Positions 1 to 9,567 are shown, counted from the stretch's first letter. The stretch is 64,000 nt of DNA from Acutalibacteraceae bacterium (GCA_045630265.1 JAZQSV010000041.1:525-64524), one strand, 5' to 3'. Notes: a model not told the origin generated them from the letters alone. Made by a program: numbers and translations.

Positions 1-52
1 GTTGCAATATCGAGAGGTAAGCGGTAAATTAATAATGGTTGGTGCTTTGTTT

Positions 53-562
53 ATGAAAAAACGGCTGAAAGTAGTAGCGGTAATTTTAATTATTACCTCC
101 TTATTTATCTTTATAGTCGGCAAAAAGGATTATATATTTATAGGTGAGGAAAGGTTTTATTTCGGCATGTCCAAGGTGAGTGTGAGGTGTATATTAGGAA
201 AACCAATCGAAAAGGTGAGAAATGCACACGACACACCTTTTGATGAGTATGAATATGTACAGAAAAAGGGCGGCCAAGAAATTACCTATACCGTTACCTT
301 TGGAACATTTGGGTTAACCCGGATGTATGTAAGCGCGGCTGAGATGGATTATGAAGTGGCACTATCTATGGTTAATGAATCTATTAGCAAACAAAGGGAA
401 AATTATTCGTCGGACGGTGGTTATTTTTCAGAACAATTGAAGGGTACCGAGGGCAAAACCTTTATTGCATCAAATGGCGTGGATGACGGAGCAACGGGTA
501 TTTATTTCGATTATGAATATTTGTACGGCAACCTAAGTATAAGTGCAATTAAGCAAAGGTGA
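53..562 (+). CDS. hypothetical membrane-anchored protein
   Basis: ORF 2..562. The internal ATG at 53 precedes one hydrophobic helix (KRLKVVAVILIITSLFIFIV). No family recognised. The 5' end lies near the window edge. Confidence 0.4.
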   Translation: MKKRLKVVAVILIITSLFIFIVGKKDYIFIGEERFYFGMSKVSVRCILGKPIEKVRNAHDTPFDEYEYVQKKGGQEITYTVTFGTFGLTRMYVSAAEMDYEVALSMVNESISKQRENYSSDGGYFSEQLKGTEGKTFIASNGVDDGATGIYFDYEYLYGNLSISAIKQR

Positions 563-612
563 ACAATAGCAAAATCCCCTATTTCTTTTTGGAGAATAGG
601 GGATTTTTATCT

Positions 613-1083
613 TTAGTTCAGCACAGCAATGCCTATATTCAGGTAAAGGGCGAAGCAAAGCCAGAGCAAATAAGGTAGGAAGCAATAAAATGCCTTTTTA
701 TTTATTTTAGAGGAAAGGAAAAGGAGCACGGCGGTGAGGAAGATTATAAGGGCAAGCCAAATAGCCGCAAAGGTGAAGGCCTCTAATCTCCAAAAGATAA
801 GTGACCAAAGGGAATTTAAAATAAGCTGCGCCCAGTAAAATTTTAAAGCGGTTTCGGAAAGTCTGGTTTTCTCCCCGCTTAAAATATAAGCGCCGATACC
901 TATTAGCAGATACAAAATGCCCCAAACAATGGGAAAAAGTATTGACGGAGGTGAAAGGGGCGGTCGGGTCAGGTTTTGGTATTTATCCATACTGCCGCCA
1001 AGCAGTGCGCTTACTCCTCCCGCCAAAATAGAAGTGCCCACCCAAAAAAGCAAGGATTTAAGTCGTATAGGTTTTATATTCAT
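613..1083 (-). CDS. tspO: TspO/MBR family tryptophan-rich sensory protein
   Basis: Five-TM, Trp-rich sequence (PPLSPPSILFPIVWGILYLL, WAQLILNSLWSLIFW). The start was moved to the ATG at 1083, which has an AAAGAGG SD 7 nt upstream. Confidence 0.8.
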   Translation of the reverse strand: MNIKPIRLKSLLFWVGTSILAGGVSALLGGSMDKYQNLTRPPLSPPSILFPIVWGILYLLIGIGAYILSGEKTRLSETALKFYWAQLILNSLWSLIFWRLEAFTFAAIWLALIIFLTAVLLFLSSKINKKAFYCFLPYLLWLCFALYLNIGIAVLN

Positions 1084-1250
1084 AAAAATACCTCTTTTCA
1101 CAAGTTAGTGTATCCCTTTATAAACATTTTATTTTTGGAAACTTTAAGTTATACAAGGTGGGCTTGGACTATTTTTATTTTTAGAAAAATTTATTTTGTG
1201 AGAAAAAATGCCCTGCAAGGGAAGCTCCTTGCAGGGCAAAAAAGTTAATA

Positions 1251-1913
1251 TCAAATTTTAGGGCTCACTAAAAAATCTAAAAGTTCCGGTAAGGTGCCGA
1301 AAATACGTGCGGCGCCTGCGGATTTAAGCTCATTTTCATCGCCATAGCCGCAAAGCACGCCAAGAGGCAAAATGCCGTTTTTTACAGCACCCTCCATATC
1401 AAAGCACCTATCCCCAACCATTGCAATTTGCGATTTAGGAATATCGGGGAACTGCTTTAGCACCTCTGCAACAACCTCGGCCTTGTCGGTTAGGCGGCCG
1501 TCTAAGAAGCTGCCGACAGATAGGTCAAAATACTCCCAAAGACCAAACCTTTTTAAAATTTGGTCGGCATAAATTTTGGGTTTAGAGGTTGCAAGGGCAA
1601 GCTTTACACCCTTTTCCTTTAGTGTTTTAAGAAGGTCAGTAACACCGTTTATAGGCTCATTCTCAAAAAGGCCGGTAACGGAAAAATATTCGCGGTAGGT
1701 GTCAACCAAACGGCGGGCTTCTTCCTCGTCTACACCTAAAAGCTTAATATAAGAATCAATAAGAGGTGGGCCAATAAAAAAGAAAAGTTCTTCGCGCCTT
1801 GGCACAGTATAACCCCTTTTTTCAAGTGAATACATAACCGAATTGGTAATGCCCATCTTTGGGTCGGTAAGAGTTCCGTCCAAATCAAAAAGAACAAGTT
1901 TTACGTCATTCAT
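1251..1913 (-). CDS. HAD-superfamily hydrolase (phosphoglycolate phosphatase / 5'-nucleotidase-like)
   Basis: HAD motif I (LVLFDLDGTLTD) and motif IV (VGDRCFDMEGA). The ATG at 1913 is preceded by a GGAGGA SD. Confidence 0.8.
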   Translation of the reverse strand: MNDVKLVLFDLDGTLTDPKMGITNSVMYSLEKRGYTVPRREELFFFIGPPLIDSYIKLLGVDEEEARRLVDTYREYFSVTGLFENEPINGVTDLLKTLKEKGVKLALATSKPKIYADQILKRFGLWEYFDLSVGSFLDGRLTDKAEVVAEVLKQFPDIPKSQIAMVGDRCFDMEGAVKNGILPLGVLCGYGDENELKSAGAARIFGTLPELLDFLVSPKI

Positions 1914-2011
1914 ATCAGTATCCTCCAAAAGCAATATTAGTATAACACAAACCCCCATATTTTTCCACTTAATTTCAAAAGAAAAAAAGATAAAAAATTT
2001 GGCCTTGGTGG

Positions 2012-2040
2012 TTGAAAAGCTTTTATAAAAGTTATATAAT
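2012..2040 (+). promoter_or_regulatory. sigma-A type promoter, TTGAAA-17-TATAAT
   Basis: Hexamers at 2012-2017 and 2035-2040 with a 17-nt spacer, about 70 nt upstream of the DUF3048 gene. Confidence 0.55.
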
Positions 2041-2112
2041 ATTTTTATAGAATCATCGAGGGGACGCCTTAAGCTTTCGGCGCTCCTTTTTTATAAAAAT
2101 GGAGGATGTTTT

Positions 2113-3201
2113 ATGAAAAGACGTTTAATGGCTTTAGGTTTGGCAGGTTTAATGCTTATTTTATCGGTGGGCTGCAAGAAAAAGCCGGATGACATAAGCA
2201 GTGCTCCCGTTTCGTCGCAGGAAACCGTTGTGGATGTTTCTGAGCCAATTAACCCACTTACGGGTGTAGAGGGATTAAGCGAGGATGCGGTTGGCAAGCG
2301 TCCTGTTGCCATTATGATAAATAACGTTTATGCTGCAAGGGACAGCTACAACGCACAAAGCGTACAGGCAGGACTCACAGCTGCTGACATTGTTTATGAA
2401 ACCTACGCTGAGGGTGGCATTACAAGACTTCTAGCCGTATTTAAGGACATTCAGAATATGCCAAGGGTTGGCAGTATTCGCTCCGCCCGCTACTCCTACG
2501 TTGACCTTGCTATGGGACACGACGCAATCTATACCCATGCGGGCAAAAACTATACACAGTGCGCACCATATATGAATCAAATGGGCATTGATAATTTTGA
2601 TTTGCTAAACAAAGGCGCAAGCTTTCGCGTACAAAACGGAAAAGCATCGGAGCATACCCTTTATACCGACGGCAAAACCCTTTGGGACGGCTTTTTGAAA
2701 AACAAATGGCGCACAGAACTAAAGGTGGAAGAAACACCTTGGCAGAATTTCGTAGAAGAGGGCAAGGAGGTTACTCCTAAAGGCGGAGAATGTACCTACC
2801 TTAGCGTTAAAATGTCCAGCCAGTATATTTCTAATTTCAAATACGACGCTGAAAGCAAAAAATACGTACATTATAATTCAGATAGAGTACATAAGGATTA
2901 TAATGACCAAAGTACAGTTTCCTTTAAAAACGTTTTGGTGCTTAAAACTACCGTAACCGCTTTCGCAAATGACGAAAAGGGTGTTGTTAAAACCCACCTT
3001 GACGGCGGCGAGGGATACTATGTTTCCAACGGTGGTTACACACCTATTAAGTGGAGCAAGGGCGCCGCTAAAAACCCCATTAAAATTACACTTGCCGACG
3101 GCTCTAAGGTAGAGTATAATCCCGGTAATACCTACGTTTTGCTTGTTGATAAAAACAATGCGGTTGAAATTACTTCCGAGTCCGAAACCGCTGCAGAATA
3201 A
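2113..3201 (+). CDS. DUF3048 (YerB-like) lipoprotein
   Basis: Lipoprotein signal (LMLILSVGC). The segment KRPVAIMINNVYAARDSYNAQSVQAGLTAADIVYETYAEGGITRLLAVF is typical of DUF3048. Confidence 0.75.
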   Translation: MKRRLMALGLAGLMLILSVGCKKKPDDISSAPVSSQETVVDVSEPINPLTGVEGLSEDAVGKRPVAIMINNVYAARDSYNAQSVQAGLTAADIVYETYAEGGITRLLAVFKDIQNMPRVGSIRSARYSYVDLAMGHDAIYTHAGKNYTQCAPYMNQMGIDNFDLLNKGASFRVQNGKASEHTLYTDGKTLWDGFLKNKWRTELKVEETPWQNFVEEGKEVTPKGGECTYLSVKMSSQYISNFKYDAESKKYVHYNSDRVHKDYNDQSTVSFKNVLVLKTTVTAFANDEKGVVKTHLDGGEGYYVSNGGYTPIKWSKGAAKNPIKITLADGSKVEYNPGNTYVLLVDKNNAVEITSESETAAE

Positions 3202-3243
3202 TTTATATCTAAACAAACAATCGCATAAACTTTGGAGATAATA

Positions 3244-4449
3244 ATGAAATATTTAGTTTTACTTTTAGACGGAATGGCCGACTACCCCGTGCCCGAGCTT
3301 TCGGGCAAAACACCTATGGAGGTAGCAAAAAAACCGAATATTGATGCTTTGGCAAAATCAGCCGAGGTAGGTCTTTGCCGCACCGTTGCCGATGGGCTAA
3401 AGCCCGGCAGCGACGTTGCAAACCTTTCGGTACTCGGTTACGACCCCAAGGTTTGCTACACAGGTCGTTCTCCCTTAGAGGCAGCCAGTATTGGCATTGA
3501 CCTAAAACCCACCGACGTTGCAATGCGAACAAACCTTGTAACACTGTCTGATGAAGAAAGCTTTTACGATAAAACAATGGTCGACTACTGTGCTGACGAT
3601 ATTTCAACCGAAGAAGCAAAGCAGATTATAGATTTTATTGAACAAAAGCTTGGGAATGATATTTATAGGTTCTATTCGGGAGTAAGCTATCGACATTGTT
3701 TAGTAATTGACGGCGGCACTACAGAGCTTGGAACTATGACACCGCCCCACGACATAAGCGGCAGGGTTATTGGTGAACATTTGAGCAAAAGCGAAAATGC
3801 CGCACCCTTAATAGAGCTTATGAAAAAAAGCTATGAGCTTTTAAAGGACCACCCCGTAAATCTAAACAGAATTAAAAGGGGTAGGCGCCCCGCAAATGCC
3901 ATTTGGCTTTGGGGCGAGGGCAGAAAGCCGAGCTTGCAAGATTTTAAGGAGAAAAACGGCGTAAAGGGTGCTATTGTTTCGGCGGTTGATTTGCTCCGTG
4001 GCATTGGTAAGTGTGCCAATATGGAGGCCCCTGAAATTAAGGGAGCAACCGGTTACATTGACAGTGATTTTGAGGCAAAGAAAAACGCCGCAATTTCACT
4101 TTTTGAAAATGGCAACGACCTTGTTTATATACATATGGAAGCCCCCGACGAATGTGGACACAGAGGCGAGGTAGATAACAAGGTAAGAGCTATTGAGATA
4201 ATAGATAAAGAGGTTGTGGGCCCTATGTGCGAGTATTTAAGTGGCACACCCCACCGCATTTTGGTTATGCCCGACCATCCCACTCCGCTTACCCTCAAAA
4301 CCCACGTTAGCGACCCCGTTCCCTATCTTTTATATGATAGCGAAAGAGCGGAAAAAGGGGTTTTAAGCATAAATGAAAAAACCGCAAAAGAAAGCGGCAA
4401 TTTCATAGAGTTTGGTCCCGCTGTTATGGAAAAACTTCTTAAAAATTAA
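3244..4449 (+). CDS. apgM: cofactor-independent phosphoglycerate mutase, ApgM type
   Basis: MKYLVLLLDGMADYPVPELSGKTPMEVAKKPNIDALA, plus metal-site segments YIHMEAPDECGHRG and MPDHPTP. The ATG at 3244 has a GGAGA SD. Confidence 0.8.
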   Translation: MKYLVLLLDGMADYPVPELSGKTPMEVAKKPNIDALAKSAEVGLCRTVADGLKPGSDVANLSVLGYDPKVCYTGRSPLEAASIGIDLKPTDVAMRTNLVTLSDEESFYDKTMVDYCADDISTEEAKQIIDFIEQKLGNDIYRFYSGVSYRHCLVIDGGTTELGTMTPPHDISGRVIGEHLSKSENAAPLIELMKKSYELLKDHPVNLNRIKRGRRPANAIWLWGEGRKPSLQDFKEKNGVKGAIVSAVDLLRGIGKCANMEAPEIKGATGYIDSDFEAKKNAAISLFENGNDLVYIHMEAPDECGHRGEVDNKVRAIEIIDKEVVGPMCEYLSGTPHRILVMPDHPTPLTLKTHVSDPVPYLLYDSERAEKGVLSINEKTAKESGNFIEFGPAVMEKLLKN

Positions 4450-4476
4450 AAATTTGAAATTAAATTTGCCAAAAAA

Positions 4477-4508
4477 TCTATACCCTTTTCGGGGTATAGA
4501 TTTTTTTT
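4477..4508 (+). terminator. intrinsic terminator after apgM
   Basis: Stem tctataccc/gggtataga followed by a T8 run. Confidence 0.8.
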
Positions 4509-4569
4509 ATTAGGATAAAATAATTTCGAGTTAAAAACTCTTAAAATTTTGTTTTAAGGAGGAAAAACC

Positions 4570-4758
4570 TTGAATAAATCTTCGTCTAGCTTTTTAAAGG
4601 GTATGGGAGCAGGTGTGGTTGCAGGTGTGGCAGTAGTAACGGCCGGCTCCATGGTTATGAAAAATAAAACTGCCAAGAAAACCGTTACCAAAGGTACTTC
4701 CAAAGCGCTAAGAGCGGTTAGTGATTTTGTCGAAGGTGTTCAGACCCTAATGAAGTAA
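4570..4758 (+). CDS. small Gly/Ala/Val-rich membrane protein, unknown function
   Basis: TTG start 7 nt after an AGGAGG SD. One hydrophobic segment (GMGAGVVAGVAVVTAGSMV). A terminator follows. Confidence 0.45.
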   Translation: MNKSSSSFLKGMGAGVVAGVAVVTAGSMVMKNKTAKKTVTKGTSKALRAVSDFVEGVQTLMK

Positions 4759-4765
4759 AAAGAAA

Positions 4766-4790
4766 AAACCTCCTGATTTTCAGGAGGTTT
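4766..4790. terminator. bidirectional hairpin terminator
   Basis: aaacctcctg/caggaggttt, a perfect 10-bp stem between the convergent small ORF and degV. Confidence 0.75.
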
Positions 4791-4807
4791 TACATTTTTA
4801 AGTTTTA

Positions 4808-5671
4808 TTACTCTACGTCGGTCTTTTGGATGAACAAAACACCAATGGTATTTCTTCCGCAGTGGCCCGAAACGGTGGTGCCGGCCCTTGTAATGAAAAG
4901 CTCGTCGGGGTTTAAAATTTCTTTCACAATATTTGCGGCACTGTTTACTACGTTATCATCGCAACCCGCATGGGTAACAAAAACATGGTTTTTAACAATG
5001 TTGTCGGGATTTGCAAGGCGCTCCTTTACATATTCGGGAACAACCAAATCAAACCTGCCGCGATATTTTTTACCAACCGCCATAGCACCGTTTTTAACCT
5101 CAATACAGGGCTTAAGCTTTAGTAGGTTTGCGCCAAGCGCAGCAACTGCAGAGCAACGGCCACCCTTGTGCAAGTACTCCAGACTGTCAATAACAAAGGA
5201 AGCGTTTACCTTGTTTCTTAAAACTTCAATTTCTTCTGCAACTTCTTTTGCAGATTTGCCCTCTTCAAGCATTTCGGCTGCGGCAATAACCAAAAGGCCA
5301 ACGCCTGTGGAAAGGTTGCCCGAATCTATAACGTAAACGTTTTCCATATCTTCTGCGGCAAGCTTAGCGGCCTGATTGTTTGCTGAAAAGCCAGAACCAA
5401 TGGTGAAGAAAATAAGGTCATTACCGTCCTTGGTGTGCTCCTTAAAAAAGTCCTCATGTTCTGCAACGTTGGTAGCAGAGGTTTTAGCAAGATTACCGGT
5501 TTTTGCGTGATAAGCATATATATCATCAGGGGTGATGTCAACACCGTCTACAAAAGACTCATCGCCCAAAGTAATGCGGAAAGGATTTAAAATAACGTTA
5601 TAACGCTCGCAAAGTTCTTTGCCTAAATCGCAACTGCTGTCGCAGGAAAGAATAACCTTTTTATTAGCCAT
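4808..5671 (-). CDS. DegV family fatty-acid-binding protein
   Basis: ILSCDSSCDL N-terminus and overall DegV layout. AGGAGG SD. Confidence 0.85.
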   Translation of the reverse strand: MANKKVILSCDSSCDLGKELCERYNVILNPFRITLGDESFVDGVDITPDDIYAYHAKTGNLAKTSATNVAEHEDFFKEHTKDGNDLIFFTIGSGFSANNQAAKLAAEDMENVYVIDSGNLSTGVGLLVIAAAEMLEEGKSAKEVAEEIEVLRNKVNASFVIDSLEYLHKGGRCSAVAALGANLLKLKPCIEVKNGAMAVGKKYRGRFDLVVPEYVKERLANPDNIVKNHVFVTHAGCDDNVVNSAANIVKEILNPDELFITRAGTTVSGHCGRNTIGVLFIQKTDVE

Positions 5672-5870
5672 TTTTGTGCCTCCTATATTAAAAGTAGCAA
5701 GATTATTATATCATTTTTTTCGAAAAAATCAAGTTATTTTTCAAAAGGCGGTTTGTCCTGCAAAAAATTTTAAAAAACATCGAAAAATGTATATTTTTCT
5801 ATTTTACTTATAGCTTTCGGTGTGGTACAATAATATATGATAGATAGATTTTAAAAAAGGAGGTGTGGCA

Positions 5871-6893
5871 ATGGGCGAAAAAAATAGTAGCAAGGCAAAA
5901 ACCTGGATAATTTCCTTTATAGCACTTGTAGTTGTTATTGTTTTGGGGGCTTCGGTTATGGGAATTCAGTATTTTTCCATTAAAAACTCCAACAAAGAGC
6001 TAAACGGCAAAATATCGGAGCTTGAAAACAAAAACAAACAGCTTGAAAGCGAAAAGGTGTCCAACCAAAGCTTTTTGGATGGGGTGCAGAGTCAAATTAC
6101 GGAGTTTGAAAACAAGCTGAATGAGCAAAACGGTGTCATAAGCGATTTACAGCAAGAAAATGAAAACCTTAAAACAGAGGTTTCGCGCCTTACACAAATG
6201 AAGGCAAAGGCAGATAAAAATGAAACCAATCAAGCTCTTGCATATTATAAATCGCTCAACACGGGACCGAAGGTCTGTTATTTAACCTTTGATGACGGAC
6301 CTTCGGATAACACTCTAAAAATTCTAAACATTTTAAAGACGGGTAACACCAAAGCTACCTTTTTTGTTATGGGCACTAAAAAAATGGAGTACCTAAACAA
6401 TATTAAAAATGACGGTCATGCAATAGGTCTTCATACCGATACGCACGAGTGGACACTTTATAAAACCGAAGAAACCTATTTTGCCGACCTTTACGCCATA
6501 AGGGATAAGGTGCAAAGTATTACGGGACTAAGTCCGAATATAATTCGCTTTCCGGGAGGAAGCAGTAACGCCATAAGCCGACGGTATAACCACGGCATTA
6601 TGACCCGACTTACACAAAGCGTTGCTGAACAGGGTTTTTATTTTTTTGATTGGAACGTTGATTCGGGCGACGCTTCGGGTGGCAAAATTTCTGTCAACAC
6701 CATTCTGAATAATATTAAAAAGCAAAGCAAAAATAAGACGGAAATTTGCATTTTGATGCATGATACCGATAGTAAAAACACAACCGTTCAGGCACTGCCT
6801 TACATAATAAGCTACCTTCGAAGCGAGGGTTTTCGCTTTGAGGTGCTAAGCGGAGAAACCAATGGTTTTCACCACGAAAACCGTTATAACTGA
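5871..6893 (+). CDS. polysaccharide deacetylase (NodB/CE4) with N-terminal TM helix and coiled coil
   Basis: NodB motifs (CYLTFDDGP, GLHTDTHEW, IIRFPGG). The ATG at 5871 lies 7 nt after AGGAGG. Confidence 0.85.
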   Translation: MGEKNSSKAKTWIISFIALVVVIVLGASVMGIQYFSIKNSNKELNGKISELENKNKQLESEKVSNQSFLDGVQSQITEFENKLNEQNGVISDLQQENENLKTEVSRLTQMKAKADKNETNQALAYYKSLNTGPKVCYLTFDDGPSDNTLKILNILKTGNTKATFFVMGTKKMEYLNNIKNDGHAIGLHTDTHEWTLYKTEETYFADLYAIRDKVQSITGLSPNIIRFPGGSSNAISRRYNHGIMTRLTQSVAEQGFYFFDWNVDSGDASGGKISVNTILNNIKKQSKNKTEICILMHDTDSKNTTVQALPYIISYLRSEGFRFEVLSGETNGFHHENRYN

Positions 6894-6936
6894 AAACCTC
6901 TCTAATCCGTTCGGATAAGAGAGGTTTTATTTTTTA
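6894..6936 (+). terminator. intrinsic terminator after the deacetylase gene
   Basis: aaacctctctaatc/gataagagaggttt stem followed by a T-rich run. Confidence 0.75.
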
Positions 6937-6950
6937 ACAAATTGGGCTTA

Positions 6951-6989
6951 AATAAAAAGTTGTGGCTTATTTTTTAAGTAAGCCACAAC
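6951..6989 (-). terminator. intrinsic terminator of the orphan transcription unit
   Basis: Minus-strand RNA reads GUUGUGGCUUA-loop-UAAGCCACAAC followed by UUUUUAUU. Confidence 0.7.
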
Positions 6990-7339
6990 CAAACAAGTGA
7001 GTATATTAAAAATGTTACAAAAGTTTGTTTATATATTAAATTTAAGTATCAATTCGAACCGATTTATCCTAAATCGTAAAAGATTATCAGAACATTGGAC
7101 CCACCCTTAAAGTTTATTCTTTGTACTTGCGCGTGGGCGCTAAAATCTGAATCAGTAACACCTTCTTGTAGGTTTTTCTCATAACATTAACCTCATTTCT
7201 GGTTTTTGCCTCGCCGATAACCTGATTTTCAGGTAACCTTATTTCGGCGAAACGGCTGCCTGCCACGGTTCTGTTAACTTCACCGGAAACAGCCCCTTTC
7301 TTTATCGTCTGGTCTTTTCTTATCCTATCTCTTCTTTCT
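6953..7339 (-). ncRNA. candidate ncRNA of about 385 nt, or a leader with micro-ORFs; family unknown
   Basis: Bounded by an exact consensus promoter and a strong terminator. Contains stable hairpins (GGCUG..CAGCC; CGCCGA..ACCUGA-AAA-UCAGGU..UCGGCG). There is no long ORF downstream of the predicted TSS. Confidence 0.35.
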
Positions 7340-7345
7340 GGCTTT

Positions 7346-7374
7346 ATTATAGCACCTAAAACCTTAGTTGTCAA
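7346..7374 (-). promoter_or_regulatory. exact consensus sigma-A promoter, TTGACA-17-TATAAT
   Basis: Minus-strand TTGACA at 7374-7369 and TATAAT at 7351-7346 with a 17-nt spacer. It lies inside the 98-aa track ORF 7114..7410. Confidence 0.6.
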
Positions 7375-7525
7375 TAGTTTTTTGAAATATTTTTCAAAAG
7401 TTATGCACATTTTAAAATAAATTTAGTGAAAATCACCATAAATCGACAAGAAATTGTAACAATTTGCAAAAAAGGACAATTTATTGCAAATTGACATTCC
7501 CTAGTAGATTTGTCTGTTTTGTAGC

Positions 7526-8800
7526 TTACCAAACAAGTGCCTCGCACATAATGGCCTCTATTTTAGGGTAGATGCCTGCAAAGGCGGTTATGGGCAATGG
7601 GTTTTGTCCGCGTCCTGCCTCCACCGTGTACGCGGGGCGACGGTAGTTTTGCAAAAACCAGTCCTTATACCCTGCATAGTTAGAAAATTCGGGAGGAGAG
7701 GTAAGCAAATAACGAGAAACATCGGCCATAAGTTCGCCAAGCCGCCTAGACTCCTCTGTGGCATAGTTTTTAAACTGCCAATATATTTCTTCGCCTTGTG
7801 TGTGAAGTGAAATGGTTATATCAAAATCCTCTCTGAGGGTTAGGGAAAACATATTTTTTGTTTCAATGGCTGATAAGGGTGCAGTACCCACATAATCTCT
7901 GGGAGCGGGCTGATTAAATCCCGCCGCAAATTTAAGCTCTCTTGCCCTTTGCCAGTCGGCAGGGTAGTTAAGGTTTAGGTCAGTACCTTTAATATTTGCT
8001 TTCCAACCGTTTGGAAAAGGGATGTCGGGAAATCTTGCACCTATATCGTAGGCTTCTTTATAAAACGGGCTGTTTTTATCCAAGGCGTCGGTTACAAGGT
8101 CAACTCCATCGGGATTTACTAATGGTACGGCATAAAGTGTGCGCGAATTAAAAATTTCCTCCGCCGAATATCCGGCAATATAACCTGCGTTTATTACCTT
8201 TATAGAAAAGTTTTCAATAAAGGCAAGCAGAAGCGGTGTTGTAATCCATTCGTTGGCGTGGTGTGAAGCATTTGCAAAAACCGTTTTTTCACCTTTACCC
8301 ACCGTTAGCATTAAAATGCGTTTTCCCATTACGCTACGGCCAACGGTAGAAAGCATTAAAAACGGATAACGCGCCACAAGCCCCTCAATTACAAGCTCGG
8401 TGAGTAGTGAGGAATATGGAATGTCGGTTGGCACCACCTTAAAGCTGTATGGGATAATAATGTTTTCGCCTACGGTAAGATTTTCGGGGAAAATATCGGG
8501 ATTTGCCGTTTCTATTAAAGGCACTGTACTGTAAAATTGTCTGGCTAGGTTATAAAGTGTATCACCGCTTTTAATGGTGTAGGTTGTGTAGCCGGTTATG
8601 TATTTTTTAATTCTCAGCATGGTTTCCCTGCCCGCAATACCATCCGCGCTTATGCCTTCATCTGCCTGAAAGCGTCTTAGTGCGGCTTCGGTTTTGTCCC
8701 CAAAAATGCCATCCTTTTGGGAATTAAGATAACCCGAGCGCGCAAGAGCCAACTGCAAAAGCGAAACAAGACTTCCTCTGTCACCTTTTTTAAGTATCAT
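7526..8800 (-). CDS. M14 peptidase (gamma-D-glutamyl-diamino acid endopeptidase-like) with PG_binding_1 and LysM domains
   Basis: The N-terminus (GDRGSLVSLLQLALARSGY...DGIFGDKTEAALRRFQ) is PG-binding. YTIKSGDTLYNLARQF is LysM. The catalytic set is SHHANEW (HxxE), SLHTQGE and TVEAG. Confidence 0.85.
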   Translation of the reverse strand: MILKKGDRGSLVSLLQLALARSGYLNSQKDGIFGDKTEAALRRFQADEGISADGIAGRETMLRIKKYITGYTTYTIKSGDTLYNLARQFYSTVPLIETANPDIFPENLTVGENIIIPYSFKVVPTDIPYSSLLTELVIEGLVARYPFLMLSTVGRSVMGKRILMLTVGKGEKTVFANASHHANEWITTPLLLAFIENFSIKVINAGYIAGYSAEEIFNSRTLYAVPLVNPDGVDLVTDALDKNSPFYKEAYDIGARFPDIPFPNGWKANIKGTDLNLNYPADWQRARELKFAAGFNQPAPRDYVGTAPLSAIETKNMFSLTLREDFDITISLHTQGEEIYWQFKNYATEESRRLGELMADVSRYLLTSPPEFSNYAGYKDWFLQNYRRPAYTVEAGRGQNPLPITAFAGIYPKIEAIMCEALVW

Positions 8801-8865
8801 AAAATCACTCCTTTTTAAGATTATATGTTTTCTCCTTACATATTATTTGAAAAGGGGTGATTTAA

Positions 8866-9567
8866 ATGTTTGCAGCGTTATTTTTGGATAATAAAAAAAG
8901 GGGCCTTTATAAAATAAAATGCAAATACTTTTTGTGGCAAAAGGTGAGAATTACTTTTGTTTTAGCCCCCGTCCCAAAAAATGCAGGGCAACTTAAAAAG
9001 CTAAAGAATGCGCTTAGTGAATATAAAGGAAGGGTTATCCTTACCGCTAAAACAAAAATCCACTCCGAGCTTGAGGCTTATTTATATAATGGTGAAAATT
9101 TTATGAAACGGGTATTTGCAGAGGCGTTTTTTACGTATGTGAAAAAGCAAAGACCAAAGGCGATAGCTATATTTGATGATGGATTTTTAAACTTGAATTA
9201 TTATAAAACCTTGTCTACCTATACCGATGGAATGTACTTGGAATGTTCCCTGCCGCAGGAAGCCCTGGCAGAGGAGATACTAAAAGAAAGTGGGATTGTT
9301 ATTTGGCGAAAAAATTTAGCCAAAAATGGCACTGCATTCCTTAATTTGGATAAAGACAGAAAAGAAACATTTTTGGGATTAGACAATAAAATTTTCGACG
9401 TCAGGGATATGGAAAATTTAAGCGCAGAGCTTAAAACATTACTGCCAAAGGAACTGAAAGAGCTTTCCCCCTTTTCGGTTTTGTCCTTTTTGTTTTATCA
9501 GTGCGGTGAAAGGGTAGTACTGGAGTCGGCGGTTAAAATAGTTCTAAGCGCTCAAAAATACTTGTAA
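8866..9567 (+). CDS. hypothetical protein
   Basis: ATG 5 nt after an AAGGGGTGA SD. Ordinary amino-acid composition. No family recognised. Confidence 0.5.
   Translation: MFAALFLDNKKRGLYKIKCKYFLWQKVRITFVLAPVPKNAGQLKKLKNALSEYKGRVILTAKTKIHSELEAYLYNGENFMKRVFAEAFFTYVKKQRPKAIAIFDDGFLNLNYYKTLSTYTDGMYLECSLPQEALAEEILKESGIVIWRKNLAKNGTAFLNLDKDRKETFLGLDNKIFDVRDMENLSAELKTLLPKELKELSPFSVLSFLFYQCGERVVLESAVKIVLSAQKYL

Noticed and set aside
7114-7410. 98-aa ORF from the track (MCITFEKYFKK...)
   Set aside because: There is no SD in front of its ATG. A 12/12 consensus promoter lies inside its 5' third on the same strand. The composition is Arg/Lys-rich and unlike a folded protein. I treat the region as a candidate ncRNA or leader unit instead. 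A real small protein is not fully excluded.
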